Assembly (NCBI GenBank): GCA_963702845.1
Contig: OY969763.1
Coordinates: forward strand, 4,032,001-4,096,000
Length of the DNA stretch: 64,000 bases
Direction: 5' to 3'
Source of the DNA: an uncultured Verrucomicrobiae bacterium
Lineage (GTDB): Bacteria > Verrucomicrobiota > Verrucomicrobiia > Limisphaerales > Palsa-1400
Each line of letters opens with the position of its first letter. Position 1 is the first letter of the stretch. The position numbers and the translations under genes are program-made. The notes under the pieces were generated by a model. That model worked only from the letters and a program-made list of their open reading frames with translations. It did not search any database and was not told where the DNA came from. This document shows positions 35,830-44,148 of the stretch, piece after piece.

Positions 35830-36002
35830 TTCTCCGATTGGCCGTAAGGCGAAGCGGTCTGAACTCGAGAATATCTTGGATGCTGACCTTCGCGACGAAA
35901 AACCGGGAATACAGCTGGCCGTCTTTTACAAAGAAAGATTCAGCGCAGGATTAAAGAAATTGATTCGGGAAAAGAACGCGGCATCAACGCGCTGAAGGAG
36001 AT

Positions 36003-36532
36003 GTGACCGATATGACACCGGATGAATTCTGGCTGGCTATCAACGAAGCTCGTAACCACGCTACAACGGACACCAAGATTCCTTCACTCTTAGAAGCACA
36101 ATTAGCTAAGGAATCACTTGCACACATCGTATCATTTGAGGAACAGCTTCATGCACGCTTTAATGAGGCTTATGATGCAAAACTCTGGGTTGCTGCTGGG
36201 GTGATTCTCGGAAATTGCAGTGACGACTCGTTCACAGATTTCAGGGGCTGGTTAATTGCTCAAGGTCGAGATGTGTTTCTCGCAGCTGTTCGATATCGGA
36301 CACGCTCGCGAACATCGTCCGTTTCACTGGTGACGATGGCGCTCCAAGATTATTTTATCTTTGTTACACGCCAACTCGTGTTTACCGCCAAAAGCTCGGC
36401 AATAAATTTGCTGATATTCCAATTCCTTATATCCGACCGCAGTTGCGCAATTCAGAAGTTCGCAACTGGGATGACCAGCAGATTCAGAGGTCACTTCCGA
36501 GGCTATCGGCACGATTCCGTGGTTTAAAATAA
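36003..36532 (+). CDS. DUF4240-family protein, frameshift near 36296
   Basis: EFWLAI, CSDDSFTDFRGWLIAQGRD; the shifted frame continues DTLANIV...LPRLSARF to TAA 36530-36532. Confidence 0.8.
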
Positions 36533-36560
36533 AAAGCGGCGACCTTTCGACCGCCGCTTT
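36531..36560. terminator. Bidirectional terminator-like hairpin
   Basis: AAAAAGCGGCG-loop-CGCCGCTTT between convergent genes. Confidence 0.65.
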
Positions 36561-36583
36561 CGTTTCTAAACTTTTCTTCCGAA

Positions 36584-37708
36584 TTAGCCTTGGGCCTTGT
36601 CCCATTCGAGGCACTTCGCGATCACGAAATCGACTTCGTTTTCGGTCAGCTCGGGGAACATCGGGAGCGACACGCAGGATGCGGCGTTCTTTTCCGCGTT
36701 CGTGAGCGAGCCCGCGATGCGCGCGCCTTTGCCCCACGGATAGCCAGCTTGCTGGTGAATCGCGATGGAGTAGTGCGTCTTCGCGTCAACGGCAGCGTCG
36801 TTGAGGAATTTAACGAATGCGTCGCGCTTGGCCGGGACGACAGTTTCGACGACGTAAAGATGGAACACGTGGCGATAACCAGGCGTTTCGTAAGGCAAGG
36901 TGAAGTTCTTCGCGCCTTTGAGGCCTGCGGTGTAACGCGCGGCGAGTTTGCGGCGGTTGTCGTTCCACTGGTCGATGTGCTTGAGCTTGGCGCTCAGGAC
37001 ACCGGCGTGAATGTCGTCGAGACGGCTGTTGAAACCGTAGCTGTGAACGTTACGGGCGTTGGAGCCGTGGCTGCGCAACTTGCGAACCGTGGTGTCCATG
37101 TCGGCATTGTTCGTAACGAGCGCACCGCCGTCACCGAAGGTGCCGAGGTTCTTTTGAATGATGAAGCTGGTCGCAGTCGCATCGCTCAATTCGCCGATTT
37201 TGAAACCGTCGCCGGCTGCGCCAATGGCCTGGGCGTTGTCTTCGATGACAAACAACTTATGCTTGTCGGCGATTTTGCGGATGGCCTTCATGTCAGCGCA
37301 TTGGCCGTAAAGGTGAACAGGCACGATGGCCTTGGTCTTCGGCGTGATGGCCGCTTCGATTTTCGCGGGGTCAATGCACTTGGTCTTGGGATCGCAATCA
37401 ACCAAGACGGCAGTCGCACCGGCGATCCAGATGGCTTCGGCAGTGGCGAAGAAAGTATTGGCGTTGGTGATGCATTCGTCACCAGCTCCGATGCCGAGGG
37501 CCATGAGCGCGAGCCAGATTGCATCCGTGCCGTTGCCGACGCCGATGGCGTATTTGGTGCCGCTGTAGGCGGCGAATTCGCCTTCAAAGCGCTTGAGCAT
37601 GGGCCCGAGCACGTAATTGCCACTCTGGATTACCTCAGCAATGTTCGCATCAATTTGGGTTTTGATGTTGTTGTATTGGCGGACATGTCCGTAAAAATCG
37701 ACTTTCAT
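36584..37708 (-). CDS. DegT/DnrJ/EryC1/StrS family sugar aminotransferase
   Basis: VGNGTDA, PVHLYGQ, IEDNAQA, KNLGTFGDGG, NSRLD; start at MKVDF. Confidence 0.93.
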   Translation of the reverse strand: MKVDFYGHVRQYNNIKTQIDANIAEVIQSGNYVLGPMLKRFEGEFAAYSGTKYAIGVGNGTDAIWLALMALGIGAGDECITNANTFFATAEAIWIAGATAVLVDCDPKTKCIDPAKIEAAITPKTKAIVPVHLYGQCADMKAIRKIADKHKLFVIEDNAQAIGAAGDGFKIGELSDATATSFIIQKNLGTFGDGGALVTNNADMDTTVRKLRSHGSNARNVHSYGFNSRLDDIHAGVLSAKLKHIDQWNDNRRKLAARYTAGLKGAKNFTLPYETPGYRHVFHLYVVETVVPAKRDAFVKFLNDAAVDAKTHYSIAIHQQAGYPWGKGARIAGSLTNAEKNAASCVSLPMFPELTENEVDFVIAKCLEWDKAQG

Positions 37709-37791
37709 GGGGGGCAAACGTAAACTCACCGGCAAGCTGCGACAAGCGCTTTTTTGGTGTAATACAGGCCAATATTGACCACGGTCATCGC

Positions 37792-38337
37792 ATGGAACTG
37801 CCACCACACAAACCGATCTGGATGATTCGAGAGAATCTCGACGGATTCCCGCAGTTTCCCCTGACCCAACCGTTTTCAATTCGATGGTATAAAGATGGCG
37901 ACCGCGCGGTGTGGGAAGAGATCCAAAAGCGATGTGAATTCGATCCGCGGCCATTCCCGACCGACCTGTTTGACCGCGGTTACGGAGCGGATCCGGAAGC
38001 GCTTCCCCAACGGCTGTTTTTCCTGCTGGATGAACGGAAGAATCCAATCGGAACCGCCACCGCATGGCTGGACGAAACCTTTGATGGCAAACGTTACGGC
38101 CGGATTCATTGGGTTGCCATCGTCCAGGAATATCAGGGGCGCGGTTTGGCGAAGCCGCTGATGTCAATCGTTTGCTCACGATTGCGCGAACTGGGGCATC
38201 AACGCGCGTGCCTCCGAACCTCGACCGGCCGAATCCCCGCGATCAACCTATATAAGAAGTTCGGTTTCGTTCCCCTGATTCGAAACGCCGAGGAAGAAGC
38301 TGATTGGAATTTGGTTCCGGTGAAGTTTGGGCATTGA
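37792..38337 (+). CDS. GNAT family N-acetyltransferase
   Basis: HWVAIVQEYQGRGLAK (motif A), AINLYKKFGF. Confidence 0.9.
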   Translation: MELPPHKPIWMIRENLDGFPQFPLTQPFSIRWYKDGDRAVWEEIQKRCEFDPRPFPTDLFDRGYGADPEALPQRLFFLLDERKNPIGTATAWLDETFDGKRYGRIHWVAIVQEYQGRGLAKPLMSIVCSRLRELGHQRACLRTSTGRIPAINLYKKFGFVPLIRNAEEEADWNLVPVKFGH

Positions 38338-38350
38338 GTTGCGCCATGAG

Positions 38351-38443
38351 TGTCTCTGTCTCCTGTCTCCGCTGCCCCAGAGCCGGAGACAAAACAAAAT
38401 TTGTCTCCGCCTTCAGCCCTCGGAGACAAGAGACACGGAGACA
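38351..38443 (+). repeat. GGAGACA-box palindromic element, copy A (93 bp)
   Basis: 3xTGTCTC(C)-14nt-GGAGACA-10nt-TGTCTCC-13nt-3x(G/A)GAGACA. Confidence 0.95.
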
Positions 38444-38591
38444 AAAATTACGATTGCACAGCACTGTGTGCCGCAACTACGCTCCTTCGATAAACACAAC
38501 ACCAATAAAACAGTGAAAGTTTTCCTCCTTTAACGTTCACTTATGAACTTAGCCGGAAAGAAGGAGTATATAATAATATAGTTCAGGCATT

Positions 38592-39044
38592 ATGAAGTTC
38601 TTCGCCTTTACGTGCTTGTTAATAATGGTGGTTGCATCCTGTTCAAAGGAGCCACGAAATGCCCCGCCCAAAGGAACTTTTGGCATTTCGGTCGATATTT
38701 CGGACCAAACTGCGCCTGTGCCGGTGTTATTTTTGGACGACTTTTTGTTGAAGCGCTCGTTCTCCAAGGCTGGCGGACTTTTCGACAATCGTCATGTGCT
38801 GCGAGGCATGTCATACGAGACCTCGCTAGGGGCTTCAGTTATCGTCAGCGTTGGTGAAGGGCCAAAGTTAAAGGTAGTGACTATAACCGGCGCCTTACGG
38901 AGGGACTCTAAAGATGACCTGGAAACGCTTAGGCCGGACCTCGAAGGAGAATTGCGAAGTCGGTTCCCAGGCAGAAAGATAAATTCATGGACAAATTCGC
39001 CGAACCAGAGCGCTCCAGCGCCTATGAGGTTTGTCAATACGTAG
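38592..39044 (+). CDS. Hypothetical lipoprotein; integron-type cassette ORF reading into its attC
   Basis: Lipobox VASC; lower GC; C-terminal PNQSAPA is encoded by the attC left arm. Confidence 0.75.
   Translation: MKFFAFTCLLIMVVASCSKEPRNAPPKGTFGISVDISDQTAPVPVLFLDDFLLKRSFSKAGGLFDNRHVLRGMSYETSLGASVIVSVGEGPKLKVVTITGALRRDSKDDLETLRPDLEGELRSRFPGRKINSWTNSPNQSAPAPMRFVNT
38999..39020 (+). other. attC site, left arm (R'' GCCGAAC, L'' GCTCCAGC), cut by IS insertion
   Basis: Complementary to the right arm at 40678-40747. Confidence 0.85.
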
Positions 39045-39239
39045 TGTGCGTCGATGATAGTTTTTTTGGGGTTGATCGCGCGGAGCGCAGTGGAACGAAG
39101 CGCAGTCGCGCGCGGCAGGCGGTTGGACATTGGTTCAATCCGCACCTGTTGTTCTTCTCGAGTCTCCGCTTATCTGTTCCTCTTCAAAGTTCCTTTCTTA
39201 TTTCTCTCAAAGCAGGTTGCGTGAAGTTTGCTGCATCGG

Positions 39240-39430
39240 TGTCGCCGCGTTTTGTGTGTCGGGAGTTTGTCCCGCACCAGCTCCTATCCGGACAGTTGAG
39301 ATAAGACTCAACGCCCACTGTGTCTTACTTGCCTGACTGCGGCGACCGGGGAGTCCGCCCCTTCTAACGGACGGATGAACGCAAGGTTCACCAGCTGAAG
39401 CTACGGACTGGACTCGCCCGATCGCAAATT
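39240..39430 (-). ncRNA. Predicted bridge/seek RNA of the IS110 element (boundaries approximate)
   Basis: Stem-internal loop-stem with segments matching the attC target, followed by segments matching the IS circle junction. Confidence 0.7.
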
Positions 39431-39482
39431 GTTTCACGCTCTTAACTCTGGAGGTTCTACTCACGAAAAAATTAAATGTGGT

Positions 39483-40634
39483 TCACACGCCGACCCAGCC
39501 GAGGTCTGCCATGGTGCAACGGCCGGTTCGCCAGCGCCAGAGGTCCACGGCCAGTTGCCGGGCAAGGGCAATGACAGTTTTCTTCTTCATGGCCGTGCCG
39601 GCGGCAAGTTTGGTTTTCATTTTAAGTGCGGCCTTCCACCCCGGTTGCCACATCAGAAAACGCCAGACCGCTTCCACCAGGATCGCTCTGACTCGTCCGT
39701 TGCCCATGCGATCGATGCTGCCGACGCGCCGTTTGCCTCCTGAACTGTGTTCGCCCGGGCAACATCCGGTGTAGCTGCCAATCTGTTTGCGATTGTGGAA
39801 GCGCTGCCAGTCGCACACTTCGCCTTCCAGTGTCACAAGAGTGATCTCGCCAAGGCCCTTGGGCCGTGGTTGTTCTTTGACCCGCGCAATCAGTTCCTCT
39901 TCCAGTTCCTGCCGTTGTGTCTCCATGGCGACGAGGACCTCGCGGAGCTTTTCGAGAACACTGAGCAGCCACGGATCGAGGGTGGAAAGTTTTTTCCAGT
40001 TGCGCGCTCCCCACCAGCGATGGGGCAGTTTGACGTGGCTGTATTCGGCGGCTTGGCCGTGACCGCGATTGGCGAGCATGCGAATGGCTTTGTTGAGGAA
40101 CTGTCTTCGTCGCGTGCCTTCGCGCTGGCGCTGCTCTTTGTCCGAAGGAATGCGGATGGGTGCAAGTTCGTTGATGTTGCCATCAACCCAGCGAGAGAGG
40201 CGCAGGCAAAGAGCGCGCGCGTCCAGCTTGTCGGTCTTGCGCTGGCCGTTGAGGGCAATCGGCGTGATCAAAAAACTTTGCGCACCGGCGGCGACCAGTT
40301 CGCGATGGAGCACGAAGCCGAACCCACAGCTTTCCTGCACGCAGAAAACTTGCAGGCCTTCGCTGGTCCACTTCTGAACCTGGGCGATGAGTTGCTCACG
40401 GCTGAATTTGCGTGGCGCTTGGGGTGAAGCGTGATCACGTTGGGCTACCGCCATGATGAACTCCAGATGCACGTCCAGGCCAAGCTTGAGAGCCGGTTTG
40501 CCGGCAAGCAGCACAGGACGTGGCAAAGGCTGGCGCGGCGGCACGTTTGCCAGCTTGCCCGCGGCAGGCACGCTGGTTAGGGTTGGGACTGTCATGTGGG
40601 GTTTGAGTAAATATGTTTTCATTTTCAAAAACAT
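39483..40634 (-). CDS. IS110 family transposase/recombinase
   Basis: RuvC-like GLDVH, QESCG, KTDKLDA; C-terminal YTGCCPGEHSSGG and GNGRVRAILVEA, ALARQL. Confidence 0.95.
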   Translation of the reverse strand: MFLKMKTYLLKPHMTVPTLTSVPAAGKLANVPPRQPLPRPVLLAGKPALKLGLDVHLEFIMAVAQRDHASPQAPRKFSREQLIAQVQKWTSEGLQVFCVQESCGFGFVLHRELVAAGAQSFLITPIALNGQRKTDKLDARALCLRLSRWVDGNINELAPIRIPSDKEQRQREGTRRRQFLNKAIRMLANRGHGQAAEYSHVKLPHRWWGARNWKKLSTLDPWLLSVLEKLREVLVAMETQRQELEEELIARVKEQPRPKGLGEITLVTLEGEVCDWQRFHNRKQIGSYTGCCPGEHSSGGKRRVGSIDRMGNGRVRAILVEAVWRFLMWQPGWKAALKMKTKLAAGTAMKKKTVIALARQLAVDLWRWRTGRCTMADLGWVGV

Positions 40635-40677
40635 CGTGACCCCGTGTGGGGCTGCGACTCAACCCTTCATGACATCT

Positions 40678-40747
40678 GACGGCGGGACGACGCTGCGTTT
40701 ACCATCCACGAGTCAGTGGCCCGCCGCCGCTGACCTTATCGTTCGGC
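40678..40747 (+). other. attC site, right part (L' GCTGACC, R' GTTCGGC)
   Basis: GACGGCGGG...CCCGCCGCCGCTGACCTTATCGTTCGGC. Confidence 0.85.
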
Positions 40748-40772
40748 AGTGCCAGGCGGCGGATTGATCATC

Positions 40773-40865
40773 TGTCTCTTGTCTCCTGTCTCCGGTGCCC
40801 CGAGCCGGAGACAAAACAGAATTTGTCTCCGCCGTAAGCCTCCGGAGACAGGAGACACGGAGACA
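40773..40865 (+). repeat. GGAGACA-box palindromic element, copy B (93 bp)
   Basis: Same eight-box layout, spacers 13/10/13; most similar to copy A. Confidence 0.95.
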
Positions 40866-40869
40866 AACG

Positions 40870-41133
40870 TCAATTGCGCCAATTCCCTGTAAAAACTGTG
40901 TCGGCGTTATTCCGGCGAAGTTCAGCCAGGAGTTTCTCAGCGGCGGACGCTCCGCTCTGGTAAAGCTCGTGGGACGGTTGCTCATTCGGTTCGTGCGGGT
41001 TGTCGTCGCGACTGGAGCTGTGGCCTAACACGACGACGTCGTGAAAGGCGGAGAAATAGTCGTAAATGACATCCGCGCTAAATTGCTTTTCCAAAGCGCT
41101 CGCGATGCGCTCTAAATGTTCTTTGTTGTTCAT
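40870..41133 (-). CDS. Hypothetical 87-aa protein between elements B and C
   Basis: The ORF fills the interval; no motif recognised. Confidence 0.55.
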   Translation of the reverse strand: MNNKEHLERIASALEKQFSADVIYDYFSAFHDVVVLGHSSSRDDNPHEPNEQPSHELYQSGASAAEKLLAELRRNNADTVFTGNWRN

Positions 41134-41191
41134 AGTCTTGGGTGCTTTCTAAGTTCTTAGCTTCTGTTCGTAATTGGTTAATCGTTAAAGT

Positions 41192-41284
41192 TGTCTCTGT
41201 GTCTCCTGTCTCCAAGGGCGCGAAGCCGGAGACAAATTTATTTTGTCTCCACCCTTTGGGGCCGGAGACAGGAGACAAGAGACA
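41192..41284 (-). repeat. GGAGACA-box palindromic element, copy C (93 bp, inverted relative to A/B)
   Basis: Same layout, spacers 14/9/13; begins 2 bp after the helicase stop codon. Confidence 0.95.
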
Positions 41285-41286
41285 AC

Positions 41287-42833
41287 TCAACAGGCCAGGT
41301 AAACCTCGTCGGCGTCGTTGAACCGGATGTGGCCGGAGTCTTCGGCGCGTTTGATGAAACGATACGCACTGGTGCGAATACACCCGGACTCGGCCATGAT
41401 CGCCTTGGCCAAATCGGCCTTGGCTTGCGGCGTCGCACAGAGGTCGCGCACGCGTTGCGGGGCCACCATCCCTTCTACCGGTTTGGAATCGGCCAATTGG
41501 GTCTGCCATTCGTTCCAGTCAAACTCCCCATCCACTTCATAGATCATCCGTTCAGTGTCTAAACGGGCGGCAAAACGCGGGAATTCCTTCCCGTTGTTGT
41601 TCTTGCCGCAACTGACAATGAGCGAGCCGTTGTCCTCCGCCGACCCGAGCGCGATGTTGATCTGCGCGCGCGTCCAGGCGTGCAAGACCTTGGAATTGCG
41701 ACCGTAACTGGCGCGTTCGAACCCAACGGCTTTGCCCACGCCCGCTTTGCCGGTCAAGGCATGGTGCAGGACGACGATGGCACGTTGCGGATTTTCCGCG
41801 CCCGCGACGCGGCTCAAAAATTGCAACGACCGGCGCATTTCGGCGTCGTTGTTCAAGTCGCCGTTGGCAATGTTGTAGAGCGCATCGATGGCAACGATGT
41901 CCGGCGCGTGTTGCGCGATCGCTCGCTTCATGCCAGCCACGGCTGTCGTTGCTTCCAACGAGAGGAAGCTATCCTCCTCGGTTTCGAGCGTGTGAATGAG
42001 CAGTTGTTCGCAGACGGTTTTCCAGCCTTCCTCGCCCGTCCACGCGCGCAAATGTTCCAGGTCGGCGCGCAGGCGGCGATTGGAATTTTCCGCCTGCAAG
42101 ATCAACCAGCGCTTGCCCTGGGCGCGCGTCGGCAGGCCAAGGAAATCGCGGCCAATGATGCAAGCCGCCGCCAATTGCAACAACAAGCGGCTCTTGCCGA
42201 TGCCACCGGGCCCGAGAATGGTCGTGCTCTGGCCAGCGGCGATCAAGCGGTCGCCCATGTAACAATCGGTCTCATCAAAGGACATGGCGAGGATTTCATC
42301 CGGCCGGCGCATGGTCAGAGTGGAGGCTTTGTTTTCACGCGCGAACTCCAGCACACGTTCCAGATCGTCGCAACCGAATCGAGCGGTTCCAACGGATCAT
42401 GGGCACAAGCCTGGACACAGGCAGCGTGCCTGATCACCTGGCGACGTTTGCGCAACTCGTGCAGTTGTTGGACATATTGCTCAAAGGGCCCGTTCATAAA
42501 GTCGGGCAATCCCATTAGATATCCCAGGTCCCCCGCCTCCTGCAGTTTGCCTTCGTCCCTGGCGCGCTGGCTGACCGTCATCAGATCGGGCAACAACTTG
42601 TCGCGCATCACCGCTTTAATCAGCTTAAAGATGGTTTGGTGACGCAGGACGTAGAACGATTGGGCGTTGATGCCAAGTCGCTCGATGTCCTGCGCCACCT
42701 CTTTCGGCCAATAAAGGATTTTCCCCAACACCGTCGCCTCGATCTCCTCGCTGTGCGGCGGCACTTTTTCCACCGGGAGCGCAGCCCCGACGCGTCGCGC
42801 AGGGCTAACGTAATCTTCAATTATAGGTTCCAT
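41287..42833 (-). CDS. DnaB N-terminal-like domain + AAA_25 (RepA-like SF4) helicase + C-terminal wHTH; probably one ~515-aa protein with a frameshift near 42365
   Basis: PPHSEEIEATVLG (DnaB-N), Walker A GPGGIGKS, QAEN, Walker B IVAIDAL, VVLHH; basic helical C-terminus; SD AGGAAAGGA before ATG 42833. Confidence 0.8.
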
Positions 42834-42985
42834 AATGTTCCTTTCCTAAGTAGTTCAACGGACAGCGTCATGCCGCCCGCACCGGCCAACAATGGCCAGC
42901 ACGTCAATCCTGATAGTGAAGCTACGGCCGTGTCAATACTAACTTAATCAGAATGAAGCGAAATAGTCAGAATGGGAGGGGAGGC

Positions 42986-43089
42986 TGTCTCTTGCAGTAA
43001 GTTTGTCTCATATCTCAGGCAGCGCAAGGGTGAGACAACTCGCGATTTGTCTCAGCCTCCGGCACCCGGAGACAAGAGACACGGAGACA
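42986..43089 (+). repeat. GGAGACA-box palindromic element, copy D (diverged)
   Basis: TGTCTCA/TGAGACA variant boxes, spacers 13/10/13, three terminal GAGACA boxes. Confidence 0.9.
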
Positions 43090-43117
43090 ACCGGGGCCTA
43101 CAGCCTTACATCACCGT

Positions 43118-43147
43118 TTGACTGGAAGCGCCCTTTTGTGGGATAAT
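43118..43147 (+). promoter_or_regulatory. Sigma70-like promoter for the TA operon
   Basis: TTGACT-18nt-GATAAT, 6 nt before ATG 43154. Confidence 0.5.
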
Positions 43148-43153
43148 CCCACT

Positions 43154-43414
43154 ATGGCACAAGCCGTCACCATCGCGAAACATGACAAACGTAAACGATT
43201 GATCTTGCCGGACGATTTCGTGAAGGAAGCTCCGTACGGAGAATACATCATTCGCGAAGGCAAAGGACGCCTTTCCATCGTGGCCATTCCGCCACCGAAA
43301 GCTAAGCCGGCATACAAGGCCACACCGGCGTTGGAAAAAAAACTGCGGGAAGCCGCCAATTCGCCCGAGCTGGATTGTCCACCGGAGTTTTTCACTGAGC
43401 CCCTGGACGATTGA
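43154..43414 (+). CDS. Putative antitoxin (AbrB/MazE-like N-terminus)
   Basis: Small ORF, DKRKRLILP pattern, acidic tail, overlaps the toxin start. Confidence 0.6.
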   Translation: MAQAVTIAKHDKRKRLILPDDFVKEAPYGEYIIREGKGRLSIVAIPPPKAKPAYKATPALEKKLREAANSPELDCPPEFFTEPLDD

Positions 43415-43722
43415 AAGCCACGCTGACCAGGGTAGCCCGCGACGATTGGCGTAATATCCGACGCTATCTTCGTTCCAAATTCGGGCGGCAGGTTGAAATG
43501 TCTATTGCTCGCGAGGTCGCGGCCGCAGTGGAAGCTGTGACCCAAAATCCCCGGCGCGGGCATCCGATTGAATCAGCCGTCTTTCCGAATTTGCGCGGCA
43601 TCGTGGTGAAGAAATCACTGATCTGTTATCAAGCATTGCCCACACACATAAGAATCGTCCGGATCCTCGATATGCGCCAGAACACTTGGACCATCTTGAA
43701 AAAGCAACGACCGCCGGCCTAG
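43411..43722 (+). CDS. RelE/ParE family toxin
   Basis: ARDDWRNIRRYL, NPRRGHP, ICYQ, IRIVRILDMRQ. Confidence 0.85.
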   Translation: MKATLTRVARDDWRNIRRYLRSKFGRQVEMSIAREVAAAVEAVTQNPRRGHPIESAVFPNLRGIVVKKSLICYQALPTHIRIVRILDMRQNTWTILKKQRPPA

Positions 43723-43726
43723 CCCG

Positions 43727-44137
43727 ATGGCATCATTTGAAGCACTTATGGCAACTTGGCCCCACGAACCAACTCTCCTCTCAGACGCTGAACGGAGTGC
43801 CTACAGAAATCTTTTGTATGACGCTATGTTGGATATCCGCAGCCTTTGTCGGTCTCGCGGGCGCGAAAGTCGAAATCCATTGGAGATCTGGCGTCAATAT
43901 CGTCGCAGCAGACTTGCTGGCGAGCTAGCAGACTGGTTGCACAATCTGGCACAGCACTCTGCCATGGGTTTGACAGAATTGGATACGGAGTGGTTTTGGC
44001 GTGAGTATGATGGCCTTTGCCGACGACATCCGGAGTTTCGTCCGGGTGCGTGGATGGACTACAAAGAACGATATCAAAGGCATCTTTCCAGAATCGGAGT
44101 GGCTAAGCAGAACACCTCCAGCGGACAAACGGGCTGA
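43727..44137 (+). CDS. Hypothetical protein
   Basis: 136-aa ORF directly after the toxin; no family recognised. Confidence 0.6.
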   Translation: MASFEALMATWPHEPTLLSDAERSAYRNLLYDAMLDIRSLCRSRGRESRNPLEIWRQYRRSRLAGELADWLHNLAQHSAMGLTELDTEWFWREYDGLCRRHPEFRPGAWMDYKERYQRHLSRIGVAKQNTSSGQTG

Positions 44138-44148
44138 TCGAAAGAATC

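Larger units (their letters stand above)
39021..40677 (-). mobile_element. IS110-family (IS1111-type) insertion sequence, ~1657 bp, inserted in attC
   Basis: DEDD transposase; imperfect sub-terminal IRs ATGAGGTTTG (3 bp from one end) and CAACCCTTCAT (7 bp from the other); long non-coding region 3' of the transposase; removal restores a canonical attC. Confidence 0.9.

Noticed and set aside
35830..35995. Small ORF between carB and DUF4240
   Set aside because: No clear start or recognisable motif; possibly a gene fragment, but not supportable.
37709..38179. 157-aa N-terminal extension of the DegT aminotransferase
   Set aside because: It overlaps the divergent GNAT gene on the other strand; the family-typical start is MKVDF at 37708.
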